Below, one piece after another: positions 1 to 7,991 of a stretch of DNA of 64,000 nt. The DNA comes from Planctomycetota bacterium (GTDB taxonomy: Bacteria; Planctomycetota; Brocadiia; JAADGH01). A model generated the notes under the pieces. The model had not been told where the DNA came from, did no database searches, and saw only the letters and a program-made list of their open reading frames with translations. A program made the translations under genes and the position numbers. Where the stretch lies: contig JAADGH010000213.1 of NCBI GenBank assembly GCA_013152475.1, forward strand, positions 2,271-66,270, written 5' to 3'. Each line of letters starts with the position of its first letter. Positions within the stretch are counted from its first letter, which is position 1.

Positions 1-54
1 ACCGGAATCTCTCGTGCCTGTTCGGTTATTGTCTTCACTTGGATAGCTCCTGTT

Positions 55-1332
55 CTATGCGCTCTTCACGTGAGCGAGTTCCTGGTAGAGACCCGTCCCC
101 GGCGTGCATTGCGGCCCGCAGTTGCAGAAATAGCGCTCCGGCTTCATACCGAGCTCCGGTCCGAATTTTTCCCACATCTGCACCGACTCCAGGCAGAGCG
201 ACACGGGGATGTCCGGGTTCGCCGCGCGAACCTCGTCGATGAGGAAGCGATAGATCTCCGCGCGGGCGTCGTGCGGGAGCGGGCCGAATTTCTTGCCCTG
301 CATCTCAACGGCGGCCGCTTCCGCGGCTTCGAGCATCTTCGGGTCCATCAGCGAGAGGTCCATCGCCCGCTTCATCTGGTAGACATCCATCCACCCGAAG
401 ACGCACAACGTAATGACGTCCGGCGTGACCCTCTCAAGCAGCAGCTTGACCATGTCGCGGTTTTCCTCGCGCCAGTTCTTTACGGGGAAGACCGGACTGA
501 ATCGAACACGGACGATATAGCCCCTCTCCTGGCACTTGCGCAGCGCCTCAATCCGCTGCTCGGTCGCTGCTGCACCCTTCTCGATCTGCGTGCTCTGGGT
601 CTTGGCCGTGATGCTGAAGGCAACGATGGTTTTGCCCCGGTGATCGAAGTCCAACAGGAAGTCGATGTCGGCGCACTTGCCCAGGTAGAGCAGCAGGTAT
701 TTATCGGGCTTCCGGGCAAAGTAATCGATCAGCAGCTTCGTCCCGCCATACTCCGGCTCGAAGCAGGGCGCGTCGGTGGCGTTGTCCCACTTGAAGAGCG
801 TCTGTTCGGGACAGGCATCCACCCAGTCGTCCATGCGCTCCATCAACTCCTCAAGGTTCAGCATGATCACCATCACATCACCCAGGTGCGCGCAGTAGGA
901 GCACTGGAACGGGCACCCGGCGATGGTGTGGATCTCATGCGCCGGCTGGCACACGCGAACGCCGCTGCCGGCCTTGAACTCCTTCGGCGCGCCGCGGTAG
1001 TCCCAGCCGATGTATCCGGCGAGCTTGCCGCTTGGAAAATCGCCAAGCTTCAGGGCCGGGAATTTTTCGTACCGTGCATCCTGCTCTTGTTTGGTGTGCC
1101 ACTTCATCGTGTTGAAGACGATGGGTGGATCGGCGTAAGGGCGAATTTCGCCCTTCAGTCGCGTCTTGTGCCAGCCGTTGGCCAGACAGAGGCGGCTCAG
1201 CTCGGCATCGTCCACCTTCACCACATCATCCCGCCCCAGGGCCTTGAGCATTCGGTTCATCCGCTCGACACATCGCGGGTCGTCGAACACCTCTTCCGTC
1301 GCGTAGATCGCGCTCGGGTTCATCGGATACAT
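55..1332 (-). CDS. radical SAM protein, SPL/COG1533 (DNA-photolyase-like) family, downstream paralog
   Basis: ORF 55..1602 trimmed to the ATG at 1332 (MYPMNPS...), with GGGGAG 6 nt upstream. Has the CxxxCxxC motif GCPFQCSYCAH. Alignable by eye over most of its length with ORF 1344..2606. Confidence 0.8.
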   Translation of the reverse strand: MYPMNPSAIYATEEVFDDPRCVERMNRMLKALGRDDVVKVDDAELSRLCLANGWHKTRLKGEIRPYADPPIVFNTMKWHTKQEQDARYEKFPALKLGDFPSGKLAGYIGWDYRGAPKEFKAGSGVRVCQPAHEIHTIAGCPFQCSYCAHLGDVMVIMLNLEELMERMDDWVDACPEQTLFKWDNATDAPCFEPEYGGTKLLIDYFARKPDKYLLLYLGKCADIDFLLDFDHRGKTIVAFSITAKTQSTQIEKGAAATEQRIEALRKCQERGYIVRVRFSPVFPVKNWREENRDMVKLLLERVTPDVITLCVFGWMDVYQMKRAMDLSLMDPKMLEAAEAAAVEMQGKKFGPLPHDARAEIYRFLIDEVRAANPDIPVSLCLESVQMWEKFGPELGMKPERYFCNCGPQCTPGTGLYQELAHVKSA

Positions 1333-1343
1333 GATAGACTCCC

Positions 1344-2606
1344 CTATGCCGATTTTTTCTTGGGAACGCTCTTCTGCCCGCAGCAGCAATACAGATTGTC
1401 CGGCGACATCTCCAGATGGTCCGCCAGCATGTCCCACATCGCCCGCTCCTCCGTGCACAGGTTGACGGGTGTGCCGGGGGCAATGCGCTTGATCTCGTCG
1501 ATGTAGTGGGCATATATCTCGGCCCGGACATGGCGCGGGAAGGGCCCGCTGTGCTTGCCGTCCATGTCGGTGGCGTGCTTGCGCATTTCGTCGAGACACC
1601 ACGGGTCGAGATTCTCGGCGCCGAAGATCTGCTCCGCCTCATCGGCCAGCATCATGGCCACCACCCATAGACGGACGGTATCCACATCCGCCGCGGCGAA
1701 CAGCTTCTCCAGCGCAATCGTCGCCTCCTCGCGCCAGTTTTTGTGCGGAACAATCGGCGAAAATCCGGCGCGGACCACATACCCCGCCTCCTGGCACTTG
1801 CGCATGGCCTCCAGGCGCTCGTCGAGGTTGGGGGTGCCGCGCTCGATGGTCTGGGTCTGGGTGTCGGTCGCGACGGTCCAGTAGCACGGCATGTGCTCCT
1901 TGTAGGGCAGGTCGAGCAGGTGGTCGATGTTGTTGCTCTTGGTGTAGACGAGCAGGTATCGGTCGTTCTTCGCAAAGCACTCGCCTAACAGTTCTGACGC
2001 GCCGTACTCCGGCTCAAAGCAGGGGTAGTCGCTGGTCAGGTCGTAGCGGTAGAGCTTCTGTTCGGGGCGCTCTTTGAAGTTCCGTTCGAGCTCTTTGGCG
2101 AACTCCTCCAGGTCGAGCATGAAATTGATGGCATAGCCCATCTGACAGTAGTCGCAGCGGTGGGCGCAGCCGTTGATGGTGTGGATGCTCCACCCGCCCT
2201 GGCAGACGTAGGGCCGCTTCGGGTCGCTGCCGTCGCAGTGGTCGCGCCTGCCGTAGATGCTTGCCGGTCCCTTGCCCGCCAAAGAGTGGGCGATCATGCT
2301 CGCGCGGGGGTTCTTGTACTTCTTCGCCATCGGCTTGATTTTGTCGGGATCCCATACATACGTATTGAAGATGAACAGCGGATCCTGGTCGCGCTTTTCG
2401 ATACCCATCCGAACACGACTGGACTGCACCGGCAGGTCGTCTGAAGCGCCGGCGGCCTCGACCACCATCTCCGTGTCGGTCTCGTCGATTTCCTCGATGG
2501 GCGGGTTCTTCAGACCTTTCATCATTCGTTCGAGTCGCGCGACGGCCTTCGGGTTCTCGTATACCCTTTTGTGAACAAACACTCGCGGCGGGTTCAGGTC
2601 ATACAT
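1344..2606 (-). CDS. radical SAM protein, SPL/COG1533 (DNA-photolyase-like) family, upstream paralog
   Basis: ORF 1344..2657 trimmed to the ATG at 2606 (MYDLNPPRVF...). Has the CxxxCxxC motif GCAHRCDYCQM. The start overlaps the iclR stop by 8 nt (ATGTATGA). Shares blocks with 55..1332, e.g. RKCQE.GY.VR..FSP..P.KNWREE. Confidence 0.8.
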   Translation of the reverse strand: MYDLNPPRVFVHKRVYENPKAVARLERMMKGLKNPPIEEIDETDTEMVVEAAGASDDLPVQSSRVRMGIEKRDQDPLFIFNTYVWDPDKIKPMAKKYKNPRASMIAHSLAGKGPASIYGRRDHCDGSDPKRPYVCQGGWSIHTINGCAHRCDYCQMGYAINFMLDLEEFAKELERNFKERPEQKLYRYDLTSDYPCFEPEYGASELLGECFAKNDRYLLVYTKSNNIDHLLDLPYKEHMPCYWTVATDTQTQTIERGTPNLDERLEAMRKCQEAGYVVRAGFSPIVPHKNWREEATIALEKLFAAADVDTVRLWVVAMMLADEAEQIFGAENLDPWCLDEMRKHATDMDGKHSGPFPRHVRAEIYAHYIDEIKRIAPGTPVNLCTEERAMWDMLADHLEMSPDNLYCCCGQKSVPKKKSA

Positions 2607-3420
2607 TGCTCTCTTCCTTCTGCTCTGACACGGGAATCTCCGGCTCAACATAACCAAGGTCTGTCGATATCTTATTCGCGGTTTCTTTCACCGCCCCTAC
2701 GACGACGTCATGTTCCGATTTTTTGAAGCGAACCCCGGGCATGCCCAGCCCGACCGACGCGACCACCTCGCCGGTGAAGTCGCGGATCGGCGCGGCAATG
2801 GCGAGCACCGTGTTGTTCTCCCGCCAGTATTCCAGGTACCCATCGCGGCGGGCCTGGGCCAAAATCCGATCGAGATCTTCGCGGGAGTGCACATCCTCAC
2901 TCTTGGCGTCTTCGATGGGGTGCACCGCGAGGTATCGCTCCAGCATGTGATCGGGAAGATGCGCCAGCAACACACGGCCACAGACACTCGTGAATCCCGT
3001 GCGAACTAACGAGCGCTCGAAGTTGACCGTGAGCATCTGGTTGCCAGCCGCACGCGCCACGAACAGAATTTCCCCGCCTTCGATCATCGCCACGATAACG
3101 GATTCGTTCAGCCGCTGGGCAAGTTCTTCGATGTGGGGGCGGGCAATTTCGGGGACGCGGAGCGTGCGGCGGTAGGCCCGGCCAAGAGACGCGCAGTTGA
3201 ACCCCAGCCGGTAGCGCTGGCTGGTCGCATCCTTCGCAACGTACCCCTTGGCGACGAGCGTTCGCAGCAGGTTGTGCGCGGTCGGCACTTTCAGGTCCAC
3301 GGCCTTCGCGAGCTCGGTGACGCCAAGCCCCCGCTCCGAGCGCCCGAGCACCTTGAGGATGTCGAGGGCCCGAACAACCGACTGAACAAGGCCGTTTCCG
3401 TTAGCTTTTATATTCAACAT
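2599..3420 (-). CDS. IclR family transcriptional regulator
   Basis: N-terminal wHTH (SVVRALDILKVLGRSERGLGVTELAKAVDLKVPTAHNLLRTLV) followed by an IclR-type effector domain of about 270 aa, the typical length. Confidence 0.9.
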   Translation of the reverse strand: MLNIKANGNGLVQSVVRALDILKVLGRSERGLGVTELAKAVDLKVPTAHNLLRTLVAKGYVAKDATSQRYRLGFNCASLGRAYRRTLRVPEIARPHIEELAQRLNESVIVAMIEGGEILFVARAAGNQMLTVNFERSLVRTGFTSVCGRVLLAHLPDHMLERYLAVHPIEDAKSEDVHSREDLDRILAQARRDGYLEYWRENNTVLAIAAPIRDFTGEVVASVGLGMPGVRFKKSEHDVVVGAVKETANKISTDLGYVEPEIPVSEQKEESNV

Positions 3421-3441
3421 AGTTGAATCCTTTCTCGTATT

Positions 3442-3469
3442 ATTGTATCCTCATTTCCCAGGGTGTCAA
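3442..3469 (-). promoter_or_regulatory. putative sigma70-type promoter of the iclR-rSAM-rSAM operon
   Basis: Minus strand reads TTGACA-N16-TACAAT, about 20 nt upstream of the AAAGGA RBS and the iclR ATG at 3420. Confidence 0.45.
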
Positions 3470-3610
3470 GTAATAGCGGGATTTTTCAGATGAAATTATC
3501 CATAATTGCCTTTTTTCACAGAAGTTAGGATCGGGGAAAATTTTGGAAAAGCCAGACAGGTGACAGACAGGAAGTGCGCACAATCCGTGGCGGGAGCGAT
3601 ATTGGTGGGC

Positions 3611-4093
3611 CTAACCCTGCTTCAGATCGACGGTGCGGATGAGGACCTGCGCTGCCTCGCCGGTGTCGGAGTAGTAGTTTTCGCGGATGTGGTCGAGGGT
3701 AAAGCGGAATCTCTTGTAAAAGTCCTGCGCCCCCACATTGCTGGGGCGGACCTCGAGATACACGGCCTCGATGCCGGCGGTCTTGGCTTGGTCGAAAAGG
3801 AACTCCATGAGGCGGGCGCCAATGCCGCGCCGTCGGAACTGTTTCGCAACTGCGATTTTCTGGAGATGGACCTGACCCAGATGCAGCCGGTACAGGATAT
3901 AGCCGACGACGCGCCCTTCCGCCTCCGCTACATAGCCCCTGTGGTCCGACAGGAGCAACCGCGAGGCGAACGTCCGCCGCCGCCACGGTGTCGGGAACGA
4001 TGCCGACTCGATGGCATGCACCGCGCCCACATCCAAGAGGGACATCTTTCGGATGTTTATTGAAATGGATTGTTCAGCGGCCGCAGCCGACAT
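3611..4093 (-). CDS. rimI: GNAT N-acetyltransferase, RimI-like (ribosomal-protein-alanine acetyltransferase)
   Basis: ORF 3611..4222 trimmed to MSAAAAEQ, 11 nt after the nth stop. Has the acetyl-CoA motif QFRRRGIGARLMEFL and an overall RimI-like layout. Confidence 0.75.
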   Translation of the reverse strand: MSAAAAEQSISINIRKMSLLDVGAVHAIESASFPTPWRRRTFASRLLLSDHRGYVAEAEGRVVGYILYRLHLGQVHLQKIAVAKQFRRRGIGARLMEFLFDQAKTAGIEAVYLEVRPSNVGAQDFYKRFRFTLDHIRENYYSDTGEAAQVLIRTVDLKQG

Positions 4094-4104
4094 GTCCTTC
4101 TCCG

Positions 4105-4755
4105 CTACTTTTTCTCGCGCTTCGGGCAGATCGCCTCGACCGGGCACTCGTCGTGCATCGGCTTCCGCGCCGAGCAGATACGCCGCCCGTGCCAGATCAG
4201 CAGATGTCCCGCCATGATCCACCGCGACGTTGGAAAGACCTCCATCAGGTCTTTCTCCATCTTCTCCGGGTATTTCGTCTCATCGGACAGGCCCATGCGA
4301 TAGCTAAGGCGGAAGACGTGGGTATCGACCACCATCCCCGTCGCCTTGCCGAAGGCCGTGCCGAGGACCACGTTCGCCGTCTTGCGCGCCACGCCGGGGA
4401 GGGTCAGCAGCTCGTCCATGGTTTGCGGCACCACGCCGCCGAAGTTCTCGCAGATCGCCTTGCTTGCGCCGAGGATGCTCTTGGTCTTGTTGCGGTAGAA
4501 CCCAGTGCTCTTGATTTCTTTCTCCAGGGTCGCGGGGCGGAGTTTCGCAAAGTCCGCCGGGGTCCTGTATTTTTTGAACAGGTCCACCGTCACGATATTC
4601 ACCCGCTCATCGGTGCACTGGGCCGAGAGGATCGTGGCGATGAGGAGCTCGAAGGCGTTCTTGTGGTGCAGCGCGCACTTGCAGTCGGGGTACGTCTTTT
4701 TCAGGATATTGAAAATCTTCCGCGCGCGCTTCTTCTTGTCGGCAAGCGATTCCAT
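4105..4755 (-). CDS. nth: endonuclease III (HhH-GPD DNA glycosylase/AP lyase)
   Basis: Has the HhH motif LLTLPGVARKTANVVLG, the VDTHVFR block and a C-terminal FeS-cluster loop (see the finding on its His substitution). Confidence 0.92.
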   Translation of the reverse strand: MESLADKKKRARKIFNILKKTYPDCKCALHHKNAFELLIATILSAQCTDERVNIVTVDLFKKYRTPADFAKLRPATLEKEIKSTGFYRNKTKSILGASKAICENFGGVVPQTMDELLTLPGVARKTANVVLGTAFGKATGMVVDTHVFRLSYRMGLSDETKYPEKMEKDLMEVFPTSRWIMAGHLLIWHGRRICSARKPMHDECPVEAICPKREKK

Positions 4756-5009
4756 TCGATTCTCCGTTTGAGGGGCGTCAACGCCATATCGCCCTTCTAT
4801 GTTACATCAGCCGCGCGAATTTGTCGATAGGGAAACCGCGAAGAGAATGATGAATGTAGAAACCGCGGTTGCTCGCGATCGTCTTTCTTGATCGGAGAAT
4901 CCGGTGGCAACGAAGTGGGATGCGATACGGCCAAGCCAGCCACGATCACGCAACTGACCGCAAAGACGCCGCCACAAACGGCACACGCGGTCTACTGCGA
5001 ATACCGCCC

Positions 5010-5204
5010 TCAGCCAAGCTTTCCGTCGATCTCTCCGTCGCCGAAGAAATCGACCCAGGCGTCTTCGTCCTCGCCAAGCGACGCTACGTCACCGTCGCAG
5101 TTTGGGGCGACACAGTAGCCCTCGTTCTCCAGCAGGGCGACGAGGGCCTCCTCCGTACCATATATAGTCCCGCACTTTGGGCATTTGAGCGGGCTGGCAG
5201 ACAT
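5010..5204 (-). CDS. small Cys-knuckle (zinc-ribbon-like) protein with acidic C-terminus
   Basis: 64-aa ORF with a GGGGAA RBS 5 nt before the ATG. Has CPKC ... CVAPNC cysteine pairs and a D/E-rich tail. Confidence 0.5.
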   Translation of the reverse strand: MSASPLKCPKCGTIYGTEEALVALLENEGYCVAPNCDGDVASLGEDEDAWVDFFGDGEIDGKLG

Positions 5205-5556
5205 GACCGTTCCCCGTGTATCAAAACCTATAAACTAATAACTTTCCTATTATACCACATATCTTGGCCGAATGAGGAGAAAAAATCCTACCCGCGCCGT
5301 TTTTGGCCACGAGTCTACGCGGCGATCTGGCATTTTCTGTTGTTTTGGTGTTCCAGTAGGTGTCCCAGTGTTGTGAGAGGAAGAAATCTGAATCCGTGAG
5401 AACCGAGCGGGAATGCGGTCGTGTGATTGGCATAACCCATTGGAAAATGGTAAGATACGGGCATTAAACATATCCGATCTACCCTAACCCAACAGGTGAA
5501 TGCCATGGGCTACATTCTAAGCGCTTTAACCAAAGTGAGTTGTGATTTTCTCTGGG

Positions 5557-5614
5557 TATAATGTGCGTTGCGTTCAACCTCCACCATGATACCGACCCTT
5601 TGGTTGGGTGGAGG
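5557..5614 (+). promoter_or_regulatory. perfect TATAAT box followed by an 8-bp GC-rich hairpin that includes the Shine-Dalgarno of the downstream HTH ORF
   Basis: TATAAT at 5557-5562. CCTCCACC (5578-5585) pairs with GGTGGAGG (5607-5614). GGAGGAG lies 8-10 nt before the ATG at 5625. Confidence 0.35.
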
Positions 5615-5624
5615 AGATCTGCCC

Positions 5625-5835
5625 ATGCCCGGTTGCACCAAACTTCGCCCTGCGTCCGAAGCCGAACGGGCCGAGCTGGAACGTCTCGTTCGGAGCAATC
5701 CCGATGCGCGGGTCCTTCGTCGAGCTCAGATTGTCCGACTACGGCTTCTGGGCCACAAGCACGGGGAGATCGCCGAACTGCTCGGGCACTCGATGCCGTT
5801 GGCGGCAGTCCCTCCTTTTCCAGCGAGAGAAATGA
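5625..5835 (+). pseudogene. IS630-family-like transposase N-terminal HTH fragment (relic, no DDE domain)
   Basis: The translation LRPASEAERAELERLVRSNPDARVLRRAQIVRLRLLGHKHGEIAELLG resembles IS630/Tc1-type transposase N-termini. The reading frame decays after about 75 aa. A possible frameshifted continuation (..TRCRWRQ..) is seen in another frame. No catalytic domain follows. Confidence 0.4.
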
Positions 5836-5889
5836 CATGCACCCGACCGATCGCTCTTGGAATTAGACACCATCGAAGACGATTTTTCC

Positions 5890-5918
5890 TTGACACGCTA
5901 TGGCTCTTGTTTTACTTT
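5890..5918 (+). promoter_or_regulatory. putative promoter of the 6000-20853 operon
   Basis: TTGACA (5890-5895)-N17-TACTTT (5913-5918), about 80 nt upstream of the ATG at 6000. Confidence 0.3.
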
Positions 5919-5999
5919 ATGTAGCTCTTGCGGAGGGGGCGCGATTGGATCAGTCACAAGAGGGCGGAGGGAAATCACAGCTTCAAGCATAAGGATAGC

Positions 6000-7970
6000 A
6001 TGGGAGAGATTGACTTCCGAAAGCAGACCGGCGGAGGTGTTACGTTCCGCGCAGTCGTTCTTGGCCTCCTCTTGGTGTCCTTCCTCTCGGCCATTGTTCC
6101 TTACAGCGACTATTACCTTCACAACACACCGCTTACGGGCAACCATTTTCCTATCGGCGTCGTCTTTCTCTTTCTTTTTCTCTGTCTCGGCGTAAATACG
6201 GTTGTGCGCAACTTCTTCCGCGGCGCCGAGCTCTCCTCCGGCGAGCTGCTGACGGTGTGGTGCATGATGCTTGTCTCGGCGGGGCTTGCCTCCACGGGGC
6301 TGGCGCGGTATTTCTTTGCCATGCTCATCGGGCCGTTCTATTACGCCACGCCCCAGAACCGCTGGGCCGAGACGATCCACCGGCATATTCCAAAGGCCCT
6401 GTGCCCCTCTCAGGACCCGATCAGTCCGGTGATCTCCTATTTCTTCGAGGGCATGCCGCCCGACGCGACCATTCCGTGGTCGGCATGGCAGCGGCCGCTG
6501 ATCCTGTGGGGCATCCTGATCCTTATGCTCTACGGCCTCATGTTCTGCCTCTGCGCGATCCTCCGCAAGCAATGGGCCGAGCGCGAGCGGCTCAACTTCC
6601 CCCTGATCCAACTGCCCGTCGAGATGGCCGCCCCACCCGAACCCGGGTCGCTCATCAATTCCTTCTTCAAGAGCAAGGCCATGTGGATCGGGTTCATCAT
6701 CCCCGTGTTCCTCTATTTTCTGTCCGGGATGCACCGACTGTACTGGGGGCGATACTGGCCGCAGCCGCGCCTCTTTATCTGGCTGTGGAGCTTCTTCAAC
6801 TCCGAGCCTTGGCGCCACATGCGCCTCATGCGGCTGGGCATCTATCCGTCGATCATCGGGTTCACGTATCTCCTCACGCTTGAGGTGTCGCTCAGTTTCT
6901 GGTTCTTCTACTTCTTTATGCGCATGGAATACCTCCTCTGCGCCGTGCTCTGGCAGCCGATCTGGGGCGACTATTCCTCCCGTGCCATCCATCAGCAGGC
7001 CGGCGCGTTTCTCATGATGGCGGTCCTCCTGCTGTGGCGGGCCAGATCGCATCTCAGGGACGTGGTGGGCAAGGCCTTCAACAGCGATTACCCCGTGGAC
7101 GACTCGGAGGAGCCCCTATCCTACCGGACGGCCTTTTTCGGGCTGATCGGCCTGACCATCGGCGTGTGCGTGTGGTGCTCATACCTGGCGAACATGTCGG
7201 TCTTCTTCACCCTTGTGGCGCTTATTCTCCTTCTGACGATCCTCATGGTGCTTACTCGAGTGGTCGCGCAGGGCGGGCTGATCTTCGTCTCGCAGAATTT
7301 CCAGCCCTATGACATTATGACCACCACCTTCGGCTCGGCTACCATTGGCCCATCGACGCTGACGATTCTGGCCATTCAGAACATCGTCTTCATCCACGAC
7401 TCCCGCGAGGTCATGATGCCCAATATCATGAACTCTTTCAAGATCGGTGACAACCCCCGCATCAACCAGCGCGTCCTCTGCGCCGCCCTCTTCCTCAGCG
7501 TCATCGTCGGCATGATTGTGGCGGGGTATTTCTACCTCAAGTTGATGTACACCTACGGCGCGTCGAACCTCCAGCGGTGGGACCTGCGCCGGATATTCCT
7601 CTGGCGCTTCAACTCCCTGGTCTGGCGGATCCGAAGGCCGCGCTTCACCAACTGGCTGCTGCTGCGCTGGATGGGCTATGGCGCGGTGCTGATGGCCGGG
7701 TTATATTATATGAGCACACGGTTCTACTGGTGGCCGTTCCATCCGCTGGGTTTGCTCATGGCGAACACCTACCCGATGGAATGCTTCTGGTTTTCCATCT
7801 TTGTGGGGTGGTTCCTGAAGTCCTCGATCCTGAAGTATGGCGGGGGGCGGACCTATAAGAACATGCGCCCCTTCTTTCTCGGGTTGATCCTGGGGGAGGC
7901 GTTTATTGCGGGCTTCTGGGCCGCTTACGGGTTCCACGTGGGGCGCTGGTTGGTCAGAGTGTTGCCATAG
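6000..7970 (+). CDS. large polytopic inner-membrane protein, uncharacterised family
   Basis: ORF 5928..7970 trimmed to MGEIDFRK (AAGGA RBS). Has many hydrophobic helices throughout and no soluble domain. Confidence 0.8.
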   Translation: MGEIDFRKQTGGGVTFRAVVLGLLLVSFLSAIVPYSDYYLHNTPLTGNHFPIGVVFLFLFLCLGVNTVVRNFFRGAELSSGELLTVWCMMLVSAGLASTGLARYFFAMLIGPFYYATPQNRWAETIHRHIPKALCPSQDPISPVISYFFEGMPPDATIPWSAWQRPLILWGILILMLYGLMFCLCAILRKQWAERERLNFPLIQLPVEMAAPPEPGSLINSFFKSKAMWIGFIIPVFLYFLSGMHRLYWGRYWPQPRLFIWLWSFFNSEPWRHMRLMRLGIYPSIIGFTYLLTLEVSLSFWFFYFFMRMEYLLCAVLWQPIWGDYSSRAIHQQAGAFLMMAVLLLWRARSHLRDVVGKAFNSDYPVDDSEEPLSYRTAFFGLIGLTIGVCVWCSYLANMSVFFTLVALILLLTILMVLTRVVAQGGLIFVSQNFQPYDIMTTTFGSATIGPSTLTILAIQNIVFIHDSREVMMPNIMNSFKIGDNPRINQRVLCAALFLSVIVGMIVAGYFYLKLMYTYGASNLQRWDLRRIFLWRFNSLVWRIRRPRFTNWLLLRWMGYGAVLMAGLYYMSTRFYWWPFHPLGLLMANTYPMECFWFSIFVGWFLKSSILKYGGGRTYKNMRPFFLGLILGEAFIAGFWAAYGFHVGRWLVRVLP

Positions 7971-7991
7971 AGAGGGGAAAAGGAAGGGATA

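Noticed and set aside
4869-5399. 176-aa plus-strand ORF and several 60-75-aa ORFs (5221-5506) in the lower-GC spacer.
   Set aside because: They have no RBS, no motifs and mutually overlapping frames. One overlaps the better-supported small gene at 5010-5204 on the other strand. They are probably non-coding relic DNA.
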